Assembly (NCBI GenBank): GCA_965214485.1
Contig: CBDCBW010000012.1
Span: 143,950 to 207,949 of the forward strand
Length of the DNA: 64,000 nucleotides
Origin: Rhodothermales bacterium
GTDB lineage: Bacteria; Bacteroidota; Rhodothermia; Rhodothermales; JANQRZ01
Reading direction: 5' to 3'
Shown here: one piece after another, positions 37,799 through 47,377 of the stretch
Layout of the letters: each line of letters opens with the position of its first letter
Numbering within the stretch: position 1 is the stretch's first letter
Program-made: the position numbers and the translations under genes
The notes under the pieces: generated by a model
The model's input: the letters and a program-made list of their open reading frames with translations, nothing else
Database searches by the model: none
Told to the model about the DNA's origin: nothing

Positions 37799-38796
37799 CC
37801 GACGCCACCCCCGGCCCGGCAGGGCGCGCCGCCGTCCCGGCGAAGGGCATCTACGCCGACCTCTTCGGCGCGGGCTACCGGTTCGACTTCTTCCAGGCCG
37901 TCCGCCTCCTCGAAGCCTACTTCCCCGATGCCCCCGCGCCGGGCACGAGCGCCGGCGGGGAGCGCATCCGCTTCGTCCCGCACCCGGCGACCGTCTTCCC
38001 CGCCTCCGACGTGCGCTCGGTGACGCTCGGGGCCGGCGGGGCCGAGGTGGCGGTGACGTTCATGGGGCTCTACGGCATCGCCTCGCCCCTCCCGGTGTAC
38101 CTCTACGAGGACCTCGCGACGGAGGCCCCGGAGACGGACGCGCTCCGGCACTTCCTCGACATCTTCAACCACCGGCTCTACAGCTACTTCTACCGAGCCT
38201 GGAAAAAGTACCGCCCCGACGAGATCGCCAGCCGGGAGCGGCGGACCCACCGGCTGCTCGCGGTCGCCGGGCTGGGCACGCCGGCGGTGCTCGACGGGGC
38301 CCCGGTCTCCACCGACCGCCTCGCCGGGCTGGCCGGCCTCCTCAACCGCCGCGTCCGCACCGCCGAAGGGCTGGCGATGCTCCTCGCCGCGTTCACCGAC
38401 GGGCTGCCGGTCGAGGTCGAGGAGAACGTGCTGCGGCGGGTGCCCGTCGCCGACCGGCCCCGGCTCGGGCAGGGCGGGGCGCGCGCCACGCTCGGCGGCT
38501 CGGCGCTCCTCGGCGCGACGGTGCTCGACGCGGGCGGCAAGTTCCGCGTTGCCCTCGGCCCGATGGGGCTGGCCGACTTCGAGCGCTACCTCCCCGGCGG
38601 CGACCGCGCCCAAGCCCTCGGCTGGCTCGTCGGCCTCTACGCCCCCGACCACCTCGACTTCGACGTGCTCCTCCGGCTCCGCGCCGACGAGGTGACCGGC
38701 CTCCGCCTCGGGGACCGCTCGGCCCGGCTCGGCGAGAACACCTGGCTGGGCCGCCCGCCCGACGCTCTCACCGAGCGCCTCGTCGCCTACGCCTGA
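37795..38796 (+). CDS. tssG: T6SS baseplate subunit TssG
   Basis: ATG 37795 overlaps the tssF stop (ATGA). The sequence is YRFDFFQAVRLLEAYFP...IRFVPHPATVFPASDV...VTFMGLYGIASPLP. Confidence 0.92.
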   Translation: MTDATPGPAGRAAVPAKGIYADLFGAGYRFDFFQAVRLLEAYFPDAPAPGTSAGGERIRFVPHPATVFPASDVRSVTLGAGGAEVAVTFMGLYGIASPLPVYLYEDLATEAPETDALRHFLDIFNHRLYSYFYRAWKKYRPDEIASRERRTHRLLAVAGLGTPAVLDGAPVSTDRLAGLAGLLNRRVRTAEGLAMLLAAFTDGLPVEVEENVLRRVPVADRPRLGQGGARATLGGSALLGATVLDAGGKFRVALGPMGLADFERYLPGGDRAQALGWLVGLYAPDHLDFDVLLRLRADEVTGLRLGDRSARLGENTWLGRPPDALTERLVAYA

Positions 38797-38832
38797 GCTC
38801 CCTTCGACTTTCGACTCCCGACCCGTACCGCC

Positions 38833-41556
38833 ATGATCTCCAAAGACCTCAAGAAGCTCCTCCAAAAGCTCAACGGCACCCTCACGCGCGCCCTCGAGGC
38901 CGCCGCCGGGTTCGCCATCGCCCGAGGGCATTACGAGGTCTCGACCGAGCACCTCCTCGCCAAGCTCCTCGAAGCCGGCGACGGCGACCTGCCGCGCGTC
39001 CTCGACCGCTTCGGCGTCGACAGCGCCCGCCTGTGGGAGGCCCTCACGACGCGGCTCGAAAACTTCAAGTCCGGCAACACCGGCCGCCCGGCGTTCTCGC
39101 CGCTGCTGCTCGACCTCGTCGAGCGCGCCTTCGTCGCGGGGGCGGTTCACCACGGCGACAGCGAGGTCCGCTCGGGGTACGTCCTCGAAGCCCTGCTCGA
39201 GAGCGACGGGCTGCGCCTCGACGAGGTGACCGACGTGCTCGCGCCGGTCAAGCCCGAGGCGCTGCGGGAGGACTTCTTCGAGATCGTCGCCGGCTCCGCC
39301 GAGGACGGGGCGCTTCGCACCGGCGGGCCGCGCGCCGCCGGACCGGGCAGGCCCGGCGAGACCGCGCTCGACCTCTACACCGAGAACCTCACCGAGAAGG
39401 CGCGGCAGGGCGGGATCGACCCCATCTTCGCGCGCGACGGCGAAATCCGCCAGATGATCGACGTGCTCAGCCGGCGGCGCAAGAACAACCCGATCCTGGT
39501 CGGCGAGGCCGGGGTCGGCAAGACGGCGGTGGTCGAGGGGCTCGCGCTGCGGCTCGCCCAGGGCGACGTGCCGGACAGCCTGCGCGAGGTCGAGATCGTC
39601 GCGCTCGACCTCGGGCTGCTCCAGGCCGGGGCCGGCGTCAAGGGCGAGTTCGAGAACCGGCTCAAGGCCGTCATCCAGGAAGTCAAGGAAGCCCCGAAGC
39701 CGACCATCCTCTTCATCGACGAGGCGCACACGCTCATCGGTGCCGGCGGGGCCGCCGGCACCGCCGACGCCGCTAACCTCCTCAAGCCCGCGCTCGCTCG
39801 CGGCGAGCTCCGCACCGTCGCCGCGACGACGTGGAGCGAGTACAAGAAGTACATCGAGAAGGACCCCGCCCTCGAGCGCCGCTTCCAGCTCGTCAAGATC
39901 GACGAGCCCTCCGTCGAGGACGCCACCACGATGCTGCGCGGCATCAAGGCCATCTACGAGGACCACCACGACGTCCAGATCACGAACGAGGCCGCGCGCG
40001 CCGCCGCCGCCTTCGGCGACCGATACATCACCGGCCGCCAGCTTCCCGACAAGGCCGTCGACCTGATGGACACCGCCTCGGCGCGCGTCAAGATGAGCCA
40101 GTCGGCCAAGCCCGGCGCGGTGGACGACGTCGAGCGCCGCCTCCTCAACCTCGCCATCACCGCCAAGGCGATGCGCCGCGACCTCGAGACCGGGCTGCAC
40201 GACGACCACGACGCCCTCGCAGCGGTGGAAGCCGAGCAAGCCGAGCTGGAGCAGCGGCGCGACGCGCTCCTCGACCGCTGGGAGCGCGAGCGCGAGATCG
40301 TCCTCCAGATCGAGGCCGTCCGGCACCGCATCGCCGAAGGCCTGGGCGGCGATGGTTCGGCTTCGCTCACCACAGGCTCCGCACCCGCCGACCAGGGGCT
40401 GCGCGACGAGCTGAAGCGGCTGAAGGAAGAGCTGGGCGGCGTGCAGCAAGCGGAGGCCCTCGTCTACGCCGCCGTCAACGAGCACGTCGTCGCCCAAATC
40501 ATCGCCGACTGGACCGGCATCCCGGCCGGCACGATGGAGCGCGACGAGGCCCAGACGCTCCTGAGCCTGGAGGCCGACCTCGGCCGGTTCATCAAAGGGC
40601 AGGACGAAGCCCTCGACCAGATCGCCGACACGATCCGCACGGCGAAGGCCGGAATGGGCAACCCCGACGCGCCGATCGCCGTCTTCCTGCTCGTCGGGCC
40701 GAGCGGGGTCGGGAAGACCGAGACCGCGAAGCAGCTCGCCGAGCAGCTCTTCGGCGGCAAGCGCTTCCTGACGACGATCAACATGAGCGAGTACCAGGAG
40801 GCCCACACCGTGTCCTCCCTCAAAGGCTCGCCGCCGGGCTACGTCGGCTACGGCGAGGGCGGCGTCCTCACCGAGGCCGTCCGCCGCCAGCCCTACTCGG
40901 TCGTCCTCCTCGACGAGGCCGAGAAGGCGCACCTCGACGTGATGGAGCTCTTCTACCAGGTCCTCGACGGCGGCGTGATGCGCGACGGCGAGGGCCGCGA
41001 GATCAACTTCCGCAACACCGTCATCCTGATGACCTCGAACCTCGGCAGCGACACCGTGCTCGAAGCGACCGCCGACACGCAGGGCGAGCGGCCCGACGCC
41101 GACGCGCTCCGCGCCGCGATCCACCCCGCGCTCGTCGGGCACTTCCAGGCGGCCCTCCTCGGGCGGATGAAGGTGGTGCCGTACTACCCGCTCGACCGCA
41201 GCGCCATCGCCCGGATCACCCGGCTCAAGCTCGACCAGATCGGCCGCCGCCTCGGGGCCACGCACGGGATGGCGTTCGACTACGGCGACGAGATCGTCGA
41301 GCGCATCGCCGAGCGCTGCACCCAGGTGGACTCCGGCGCGCGCAACATCGACTTCATCATCGACCGGACGCTGCTGCCCGAGGCGAGCCGCGCGCTCCTC
41401 GCCCAGATGGCCGACGAGACCACGCCCGAGTGCCTCACCCTCGGCCTCGACGAGTACGGCGACTTCACCTACACCTTCGGCGACACGCCGCCTGCCGACG
41501 CGCCAGGTCCGGCCACCGAGTCCGACGAGCCGGCGGCGGCAGCGGCGGCCCTCTGA
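38833..41556 (+). CDS. clpV: T6SS AAA+ ATPase ClpV (TssH)
   Basis: The 907-aa product has a Clp N-domain and two AAA modules (GEAGVGKTAVVEGLA and LLVGPSGVGKTETAKQLA), with Walker B motifs ILFIDEAH and VVLLDEAEKAH. Confidence 0.97.
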   Translation: MISKDLKKLLQKLNGTLTRALEAAAGFAIARGHYEVSTEHLLAKLLEAGDGDLPRVLDRFGVDSARLWEALTTRLENFKSGNTGRPAFSPLLLDLVERAFVAGAVHHGDSEVRSGYVLEALLESDGLRLDEVTDVLAPVKPEALREDFFEIVAGSAEDGALRTGGPRAAGPGRPGETALDLYTENLTEKARQGGIDPIFARDGEIRQMIDVLSRRRKNNPILVGEAGVGKTAVVEGLALRLAQGDVPDSLREVEIVALDLGLLQAGAGVKGEFENRLKAVIQEVKEAPKPTILFIDEAHTLIGAGGAAGTADAANLLKPALARGELRTVAATTWSEYKKYIEKDPALERRFQLVKIDEPSVEDATTMLRGIKAIYEDHHDVQITNEAARAAAAFGDRYITGRQLPDKAVDLMDTASARVKMSQSAKPGAVDDVERRLLNLAITAKAMRRDLETGLHDDHDALAAVEAEQAELEQRRDALLDRWEREREIVLQIEAVRHRIAEGLGGDGSASLTTGSAPADQGLRDELKRLKEELGGVQQAEALVYAAVNEHVVAQIIADWTGIPAGTMERDEAQTLLSLEADLGRFIKGQDEALDQIADTIRTAKAGMGNPDAPIAVFLLVGPSGVGKTETAKQLAEQLFGGKRFLTTINMSEYQEAHTVSSLKGSPPGYVGYGEGGVLTEAVRRQPYSVVLLDEAEKAHLDVMELFYQVLDGGVMRDGEGREINFRNTVILMTSNLGSDTVLEATADTQGERPDADALRAAIHPALVGHFQAALLGRMKVVPYYPLDRSAIARITRLKLDQIGRRLGATHGMAFDYGDEIVERIAERCTQVDSGARNIDFIIDRTLLPEASRALLAQMADETTPECLTLGLDEYGDFTYTFGDTPPADAPGPATESDEPAAAAAAL

Positions 41557-41624
41557 GGCCGGAGAACGCGTTAGTCCAAGTGGAGGGTCGCCTCCGCAGC
41601 ACGCCCTAGCCCCATCCCGACTCC

Positions 41625-43859
41625 ATGCCCTCGCTCGCCGCCAACGCCACCCGGTTCTCCTTCTCGACGGCCCAGCTCGGCGAGGGCCGGCTCGAGGTCG
41701 TCACGTTCACCGGGCACGAGGCCATCTCGCAGCCCTTCCGCTTCGAGCTCGACCTGCTCTCGACCGACCCGTCGGTGCCGTTCTCGGACGTCGTGGACCA
41801 GCCCGCCACGCTCACGATGCACGGGGCCGAGGACGAGGCGTGGCCGGTCCACGGCGTCGTCGCCCACTTCGAGCAGGGCGGGCCCGTCGGCGACTACTAC
41901 CGCTACCGGGCGGTCCTCGTGCCCCGCCTGTGGCGGCTCTCGCTGACGCACCAGAGCCGCATCTTCCAGGAGAGGTCGGTCCCCGAGATCGCACGCGAGG
42001 TGCTCGTCGGTTCCGGCTTCGCCCCGGACGACTTCGAGTCGCGCCTGAGCGGCTTGTACCCGCCGCGCGAGTATTGCACCCAGTACCAGGAGACCGACCT
42101 CGCGTTCGTCTCCCGGCTGTGCGAGCACGAGGGCATCCAGTTCTTCTTCGAGCACCAGGACAGCCGCGAGGTCCTCGTCTTCACCGACGACCGGAGCGAG
42201 AACCCGCCCATCGAGGGCGACGACACGGTGACGTACCGGGCGATGGCGGGCCTAGCGCAGCCGCACGCCGAGACCGTGCAGGAGTTCGTCTTCCGCGAGA
42301 CCCTCGTCACCGGCAAGGTGGTCCTCAAAGACTACAACTACCGCACCCCCGAGGACGACCTCCGCGTCGAGTCCCAGATCAACGGCGACCTGCCGGGGGT
42401 CTACTACGAGTACGGCCCGCACTACCAGGACGCGGGCGAGGGCAACCGGCTCGCGCGCGTTAGGAACGAGGAGATCGAGTGCCGGCGGCGGATCGGGCAG
42501 GGCGAGGGGACGTGCGCGCGCCTCCGCGCCGGGCACACCTTCACGCTCGACCAGCACTACCGGCTCGACCTCAACCACGCCTACCTCCTGACCGAGGTCA
42601 CGCACTACGGCTCGCAGCCCGGCTTGGTGACGATGCAGGCGGGCACGGACGACACGTTGCCCTACCGCAACACCTTCGTCTGCATCCCGACCGACGTGGC
42701 GTTCCGCCCGCAGCGCCTGACGCCCGAGCCAACGCTGCCCGGCGTCATGACGGCCAAAGTCGAAACCGCTGGCGGCCCCTACGCCCACCTCGACGACCAG
42801 GGCCGCTACCACGCCAAGATGGACTTCGACCTCGGCGACGCGGGCGACGGCACGGCCTCGCTGCCTATCCCGATGAACCAGTCGTACTCAGGGTCAGACT
42901 ACGGCATTCACTTCCCGAACCACGCCGCCACCGAGATGATCTGGGCGTGTCTCAACGGCGACATCGACCGCCCGTTCGCGCTCGGGACCGTGCCGAATCC
43001 GTCGCAGGGTTCGCCGTCCGCGGCGGCCAACAAGCACCAGAACGTCATCCGCACCTGGGGCAAGAACGAGCTGACGTTCGACGACAAGCAGGGCGCGGAG
43101 AACATCTACCTCCATGCCACGAAGGACCACACGGTCGAGGTGACGAACGACGAGACCATCACGGTCGGCAACGACCAGTCGCAGACGGTGGGCAACGACC
43201 AGACGGAGTCGGTCGGCAACAACCAGACACTCTCCGTCGGGACGAACCGGGACAAGACCGTCGGCGCGAACCAGACCGAAACGGTCGGCGCGAACAAGAC
43301 GATCAACGTCGGGGGCAACCACAGCGAGACGATTGGGAGCAACATGACCCAGACGGTCGCTGCCTCGAAGGCGGAGACGATTGCCATAGCGAAAGCGCTG
43401 ACGATTGGCGGGGCCTACCAGGTCACTGTGGGCGGTGCTGAGAACCACACCGTCGGCGGCCTTCTCGCCCAAGAGGTCGGCGGTGCGAAGACAGTGGCCG
43501 TCGGCGCGCTCAGCAGCGAGAACGTGGGGCTCAACAAGTCCGTGGACGCCGGAGGTAGCATCTCGGAGAGTGCCGGGAAGAACTTCTCCTGTCAAGCCGG
43601 CAAGAGCTTCAGCGCACAGGCGGGCGACGACGTGGCGGTCCAGGCCGGGAAGAAGATGGCGCTCAGCGCAGGCGATGACTTCGCCGTCTCCGGCGGCAAG
43701 AAGGGCGTGATCACCATCGCCGACGAGCTGACCCTCAAGTGTGGCAAGGCGACAATCACGCTGAAGAAGAGCGGCGACATCCTTATCAACGGCAAGAAGA
43801 TCCAGATCAAGGGGTCCGGCGACGTGGTCATCAAGGGGAGCAAGGTCCTAGCGAACTGA
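41625..43859 (+). CDS. vgrG: T6SS spike protein VgrG
   Basis: The 744-aa product has a gp27-like N-terminus (FRFELDLLS...), a gp5 OB region and a beta-helix of repeated V-G-x-N/D-x-T/S octads. It has no extra C-terminal effector domain. Confidence 0.96.
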   Translation: MPSLAANATRFSFSTAQLGEGRLEVVTFTGHEAISQPFRFELDLLSTDPSVPFSDVVDQPATLTMHGAEDEAWPVHGVVAHFEQGGPVGDYYRYRAVLVPRLWRLSLTHQSRIFQERSVPEIAREVLVGSGFAPDDFESRLSGLYPPREYCTQYQETDLAFVSRLCEHEGIQFFFEHQDSREVLVFTDDRSENPPIEGDDTVTYRAMAGLAQPHAETVQEFVFRETLVTGKVVLKDYNYRTPEDDLRVESQINGDLPGVYYEYGPHYQDAGEGNRLARVRNEEIECRRRIGQGEGTCARLRAGHTFTLDQHYRLDLNHAYLLTEVTHYGSQPGLVTMQAGTDDTLPYRNTFVCIPTDVAFRPQRLTPEPTLPGVMTAKVETAGGPYAHLDDQGRYHAKMDFDLGDAGDGTASLPIPMNQSYSGSDYGIHFPNHAATEMIWACLNGDIDRPFALGTVPNPSQGSPSAAANKHQNVIRTWGKNELTFDDKQGAENIYLHATKDHTVEVTNDETITVGNDQSQTVGNDQTESVGNNQTLSVGTNRDKTVGANQTETVGANKTINVGGNHSETIGSNMTQTVAASKAETIAIAKALTIGGAYQVTVGGAENHTVGGLLAQEVGGAKTVAVGALSSENVGLNKSVDAGGSISESAGKNFSCQAGKSFSAQAGDDVAVQAGKKMALSAGDDFAVSGGKKGVITIADELTLKCGKATITLKKSGDILINGKKIQIKGSGDVVIKGSKVLAN

Positions 43860-43860
43860 T

Positions 43861-44397
43861 ATGAAGAAGCCGCAGGCTCCACAGCGACTCGTCCCCGCCG
43901 GAAAAGCAGAACGGTGGGTAAGCCCCGCCCAGACCGGCGCGGCGGAGCCGGTTCCGCGCATCGACGGCGTTGTGATCGGCCAGGTCGTTGGCTTGGACGA
44001 GGTCGGCCAGCCACTCGTTGACTTCGACCTCGCCCCTCTGGGGGTGGTGCTGACGGCGCGCTCGACGGTGGCGCTCGACGCCGACTGTGTAGGCCGCGAC
44101 GTAGCGCTCCTCTTCGAACAGGGTGACCCGTGGAAGCCCGTCGTGATGGGGCTGCTCTGGACCCCGGACCCGCCGAGCGAACAGGGCACCCCCGGAGCAG
44201 AGGCAGCGGGCCATATCGAGGTGAGCGCTGATGGAGAGCGGCTGACGCTCTCGGCGGAGCGGGAGATTGTGCTGCGCTGCGGGAAAGCCTCGCTCACGCT
44301 GACGCGGGCGGGGAAGGTGCTGATCCGCGGCGAATACGTGCTCAGCCGGTCCTCCGGGGTGAACCGGATCAAAGGCGGGTCGGTCCAGATCAACTAG
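43861..44397 (+). CDS. small gp5/VgrG-tip-like (OB-fold) protein, possibly DUF6484, in the PA0096-equivalent position
   Basis: The 178-aa ORF starts 2 nt after the vgrG stop. It contains IDGVVIGQVVGLDEVGQPLVDF and the C-terminal LRCGKASLTLTRAGKVLIRGEYV, which mirrors the VgrG C-terminus LKCGKATITLKKSGDILINGKKI. Confidence 0.65.
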   Translation: MKKPQAPQRLVPAGKAERWVSPAQTGAAEPVPRIDGVVIGQVVGLDEVGQPLVDFDLAPLGVVLTARSTVALDADCVGRDVALLFEQGDPWKPVVMGLLWTPDPPSEQGTPGAEAAGHIEVSADGERLTLSAEREIVLRCGKASLTLTRAGKVLIRGEYVLSRSSGVNRIKGGSVQIN

Positions 44398-44409
44398 GGG
44401 AGGAGAGGC

Positions 44410-45420
44410 ATGTGGATGCTGGACAACCAGACGCCTTATGAAGCCGAGCGGACGTGGGTGCGCGACAAGGACGGTCGGCACCACTGGATCGTCGTGGTGA
44501 AGGCGACTTACGATATCGGCACGGACGGCACGCCGAGCCTATCGGAGGAGCCGGTAGCGCCCCTCTACGCCCCGGAGTATCACGGGGCGGACGGCCTCTC
44601 CAGCCTGCGTTACGAGGCGGACCTGACGGCTATGAAGCCGGGAACCGACGTTTACCTCAACGCTGTGGCCTACGCGCCGCAGGGCAGGCCGAGCGAGAAG
44701 GTGACGGTCTCGGTCCAGATCAACCGCCTCCGCAAGGACCTGCTCGTCTACGGAGACCGGGTATGGGAGCGGACGCTGACGGGCGGCGCGAAGCCGTCGT
44801 CGCCCGACCCCTTCGTGACCATGCCGATCACCTACGAGCGAGCATTCGGGGGCACCGACCAGGAGGACCCGAATCCACGGAAGCATCGGATGGACTATCA
44901 GAACCCGGTCGGGACCGGAGTAGCGACTCAGGAGAGCCAGCTCATCGGGACCCCCGCACCTAGTATCGAGGACCCGACCCAGAAACCAGGGAAGGGCCGA
45001 CCCGCGGGCTTTGGAGCCGTCGCCAGCCACTGGTCTCCGCGCAGAGAGCTCGCCGGGACCTACGACGAGCGGTGGGCGGCCAAGAGACGACCGCTACTTC
45101 CTGTCGATTACGACCCGAGGCACCTGCTCTGCGCCCCGGCGGACCAACAGGCTCCAGGGTACCTGAAAGGCGGGGACCGGCTGGAGTTGACCAACCTGAC
45201 CCCGAGCGGTCGGTTAGCGTTCACGATTCCGAAGCTTTCGTTCCAGTTCGACACGTATTTTGGGAGCACACGCAAAGAGCACACCTCGGAGTTGGTTTCG
45301 GTCATCGCCGAGTCGGAAGGCCCCCGGCTGATTCTCGTCTGGCAGACGAGCCTGCCGTGCGGCAACGACGCCGACTACCTGGACCGAACCGTGATTCGAC
45401 AGGAGGAGCAGACCCTGTGA
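44410..45420 (+). CDS. DUF2169 family T6SS adaptor protein
   Basis: The sequence LDNQTPYEAERTWVRDKDGRHHWIVVVKATYDI...GTDVYLNAVAYAP...LLVYGDRVWE fits the DUF2169 pattern as I remember it. Confidence 0.85.
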   Translation: MWMLDNQTPYEAERTWVRDKDGRHHWIVVVKATYDIGTDGTPSLSEEPVAPLYAPEYHGADGLSSLRYEADLTAMKPGTDVYLNAVAYAPQGRPSEKVTVSVQINRLRKDLLVYGDRVWERTLTGGAKPSSPDPFVTMPITYERAFGGTDQEDPNPRKHRMDYQNPVGTGVATQESQLIGTPAPSIEDPTQKPGKGRPAGFGAVASHWSPRRELAGTYDERWAAKRRPLLPVDYDPRHLLCAPADQQAPGYLKGGDRLELTNLTPSGRLAFTIPKLSFQFDTYFGSTRKEHTSELVSVIAESEGPRLILVWQTSLPCGNDADYLDRTVIRQEEQTL

Positions 45421-46484
45421 GCCAGGACCTCCATATCGTTGCTGTCGGGGCACGCACGCCGCTGGGCCTGAGCGCCGAAGCGAGCGTGGCAGCGGTACGG
45501 GCGGGGATCAGCCACATCACCGAGCATCCGTTCTTCATAGACCGCGTGGCCGAGCCGGTGCGGCTCGCCCAGGACAGCCAGCTCGACCCAGGGCTGATGG
45601 GACCCGAGCGGCTCATCGAGATGACGGTGACGGCGCTGACAGAGGTGTGTGACAGGCTCCGGGAGGCCCAGGTCGATTTTCGGAGCGTCCCGCTGTTGCT
45701 TGCGCTGCCGGAAGAGCGGCCGGGGTGGGGGGGCGAGGACGTGCAGACCGTGGTGCGCGGAATAGAGGAGAGACTCCAGCCCGTCGAGTTCCAGTCCATC
45801 ACGGTCTTCCCCGCCGGGCACGCCGCAGCCCTCGCAGCGCTGGGTGTAGCCTGCCAGCAGCTCCGCGCCGGCCAGGCCGAGTTGTGCGTGGTCGCAGGCG
45901 TAGACAGCTACCTGGAGCCCGAAACCCTCCGGTGGCTGGACGAGAACCGGCAGCTTGCCACCTCCTACCATCGGGGGGCTTTCTTCCCCGGCGAGGGCGC
46001 GGGGGCCTTCGCCGTTGCCTCCAGCACCGCGCTTCGGCGGTATAGACTGGACACCCTGGCCGTCATCCAGGGGACGGGAACTGCCACAGAGACCAAGCTC
46101 ATCAAGACCGATGCCGTCTGTCTGGGTGAGGGGCTGACGGCGTGTGTCGGTCAGGCCGTCGCACCGCTTCGCCTCCCCGCTGAAGCCGTCGAGGGCATCC
46201 TGTGCGACATCAACGGCGAGCGCTACCGCTCCGAGGAGTGGGGCTTCGTGCTCCTGCGTCTCCCCATCGCCTTCGTGGACCCGACCGGATACGACCTGCC
46301 GGCCTCCTGCTGGGGCGATGTGGGGGCAGCGTCCGGTGCACTGTTCGTCGTCATCGCCGTGCTAGCGAGCCGACGAGGGTGGGCAAAAGGCACCCGCTAC
46401 CTGATCTGGACCAGCTCCGAGGCGGGCCTGCGCGCTGCCGTGCTCCTGAAGCTCATCCCGAGACAGGAGGAGGTAGCAAGATGA
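45417..46484 (+). CDS. beta-ketoacyl-synthase/thiolase-fold protein lacking catalytic residues (PA0098-like)
   Basis: GTG 45417 overlaps the upstream stop (GTGA), with AGGAGGAG 9-16 nt upstream. The thiolase-fold pattern is IVAVGARTPLGLSAEASVAAVRAGIS, CVVAGVDS and FFPGEGAGAFAV. The nucleophile position reads AGHAA rather than ACxxS. Confidence 0.8.
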   Translation: MSQDLHIVAVGARTPLGLSAEASVAAVRAGISHITEHPFFIDRVAEPVRLAQDSQLDPGLMGPERLIEMTVTALTEVCDRLREAQVDFRSVPLLLALPEERPGWGGEDVQTVVRGIEERLQPVEFQSITVFPAGHAAALAALGVACQQLRAGQAELCVVAGVDSYLEPETLRWLDENRQLATSYHRGAFFPGEGAGAFAVASSTALRRYRLDTLAVIQGTGTATETKLIKTDAVCLGEGLTACVGQAVAPLRLPAEAVEGILCDINGERYRSEEWGFVLLRLPIAFVDPTGYDLPASCWGDVGAASGALFVVIAVLASRRGWAKGTRYLIWTSSEAGLRAAVLLKLIPRQEEVAR

Positions 46485-47377
46485 GCGTCGGCATCAATCC
46501 TCCCAAGACCCCCGTCACCAAGGGGAGCAATGGCATCGCGGCGGCGACTATCCCGAACGTGTGCAAGATGCCGGGGCCGCCGGCTCCCTTTGTGCCCGCA
46601 CCGCTTCCGAACATCGGCAAATCGGGGAGCAGCCCTAAAGGGTACACGAAGAAGGTAAAGGCCGACGGAGATCCCGTTGCCGTCAGGGGAGCCAGCTTCG
46701 GCAGCATGGGCGACATGGCGAGTAAGGGAACCGGCGGCGGAATAGTATCCGCCAACACCCACGGCCCCTGCAAGTTCATAGGCCCTGGCTCAATGGATGT
46801 CAAGTTCGAGGGTAAGAACGTCCACTTGCTTAGCGACCCGGTGACCAACAACGGAGCCGGTAGTGGAACGCCAGCGAACGCAGCTACAATGGTAGGAGTA
46901 GCACAAACATTCGCAATTCCTGAGGAACACCTGAGGCAGGATGAGGATAAATGTCAGCAATGTAAATCAGCAAGTAGAGGAGAATCATATGAAGATTTTT
47001 TCACTGAAGAAGAAAGGGGGTATTTTGATATAATAGCTTCTCTATATCCAGGATTAGAGACTATGTTGCCTCCTTCCAATGCCAAATACTCATTTGTGAA
47101 ACCGAGTAAAGTCAAAGCTAGATATAAGAAATTCAAGGAAGCAATGAGAAGAGCGAAAAAGGCTGGAGCAATAACTGTGAATGGACCAGTCCATCATCCT
47201 CATCCGAGGAAATACGGAGGATGTTCCCTCCACCAGGATTTAATAGATATTGACGGCCAGGATAAAAAAGATATGGATGAAAAGATGAAGAACGTTATGG
47301 ATTATGTGAACGCTAGAAAGAATGATTCGCAGCATCATAGATCTACAAACTTAGCGAAAATACAACAATGGATTTAG
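46481..47377 (+). CDS. DUF4150 (PAAR-like) T6SS toxin with a C-terminal putative xHH-type HNH/EndoVII nuclease domain (Tse7-like architecture)
   Basis: ATG 46481 overlaps the upstream stop (ATGA), with AGGAGGAGG upstream. The N-terminal 130 aa read PNVCKMPGPPAPFVPAPLPNIG...VKFEGKNVHLLSDPVTNN, the DUF4150 pattern. The C-terminal 165 aa are Lys/Asp-rich, low in GC and carry GPVHHPHP. Confidence 0.85.
   Translation: MSVGINPPKTPVTKGSNGIAAATIPNVCKMPGPPAPFVPAPLPNIGKSGSSPKGYTKKVKADGDPVAVRGASFGSMGDMASKGTGGGIVSANTHGPCKFIGPGSMDVKFEGKNVHLLSDPVTNNGAGSGTPANAATMVGVAQTFAIPEEHLRQDEDKCQQCKSASRGESYEDFFTEEERGYFDIIASLYPGLETMLPPSNAKYSFVKPSKVKARYKKFKEAMRRAKKAGAITVNGPVHHPHPRKYGGCSLHQDLIDIDGQDKKDMDEKMKNVMDYVNARKNDSQHHRSTNLAKIQQWI

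Noticed and set aside
43000-43859. A possible evolved VgrG with a C-terminal effector domain.
   Set aside because: The C-terminus is only the repetitive beta-helix ending in the usual ...GKKIQIKGSGDVVIKGSKVLAN. There is no extra domain.
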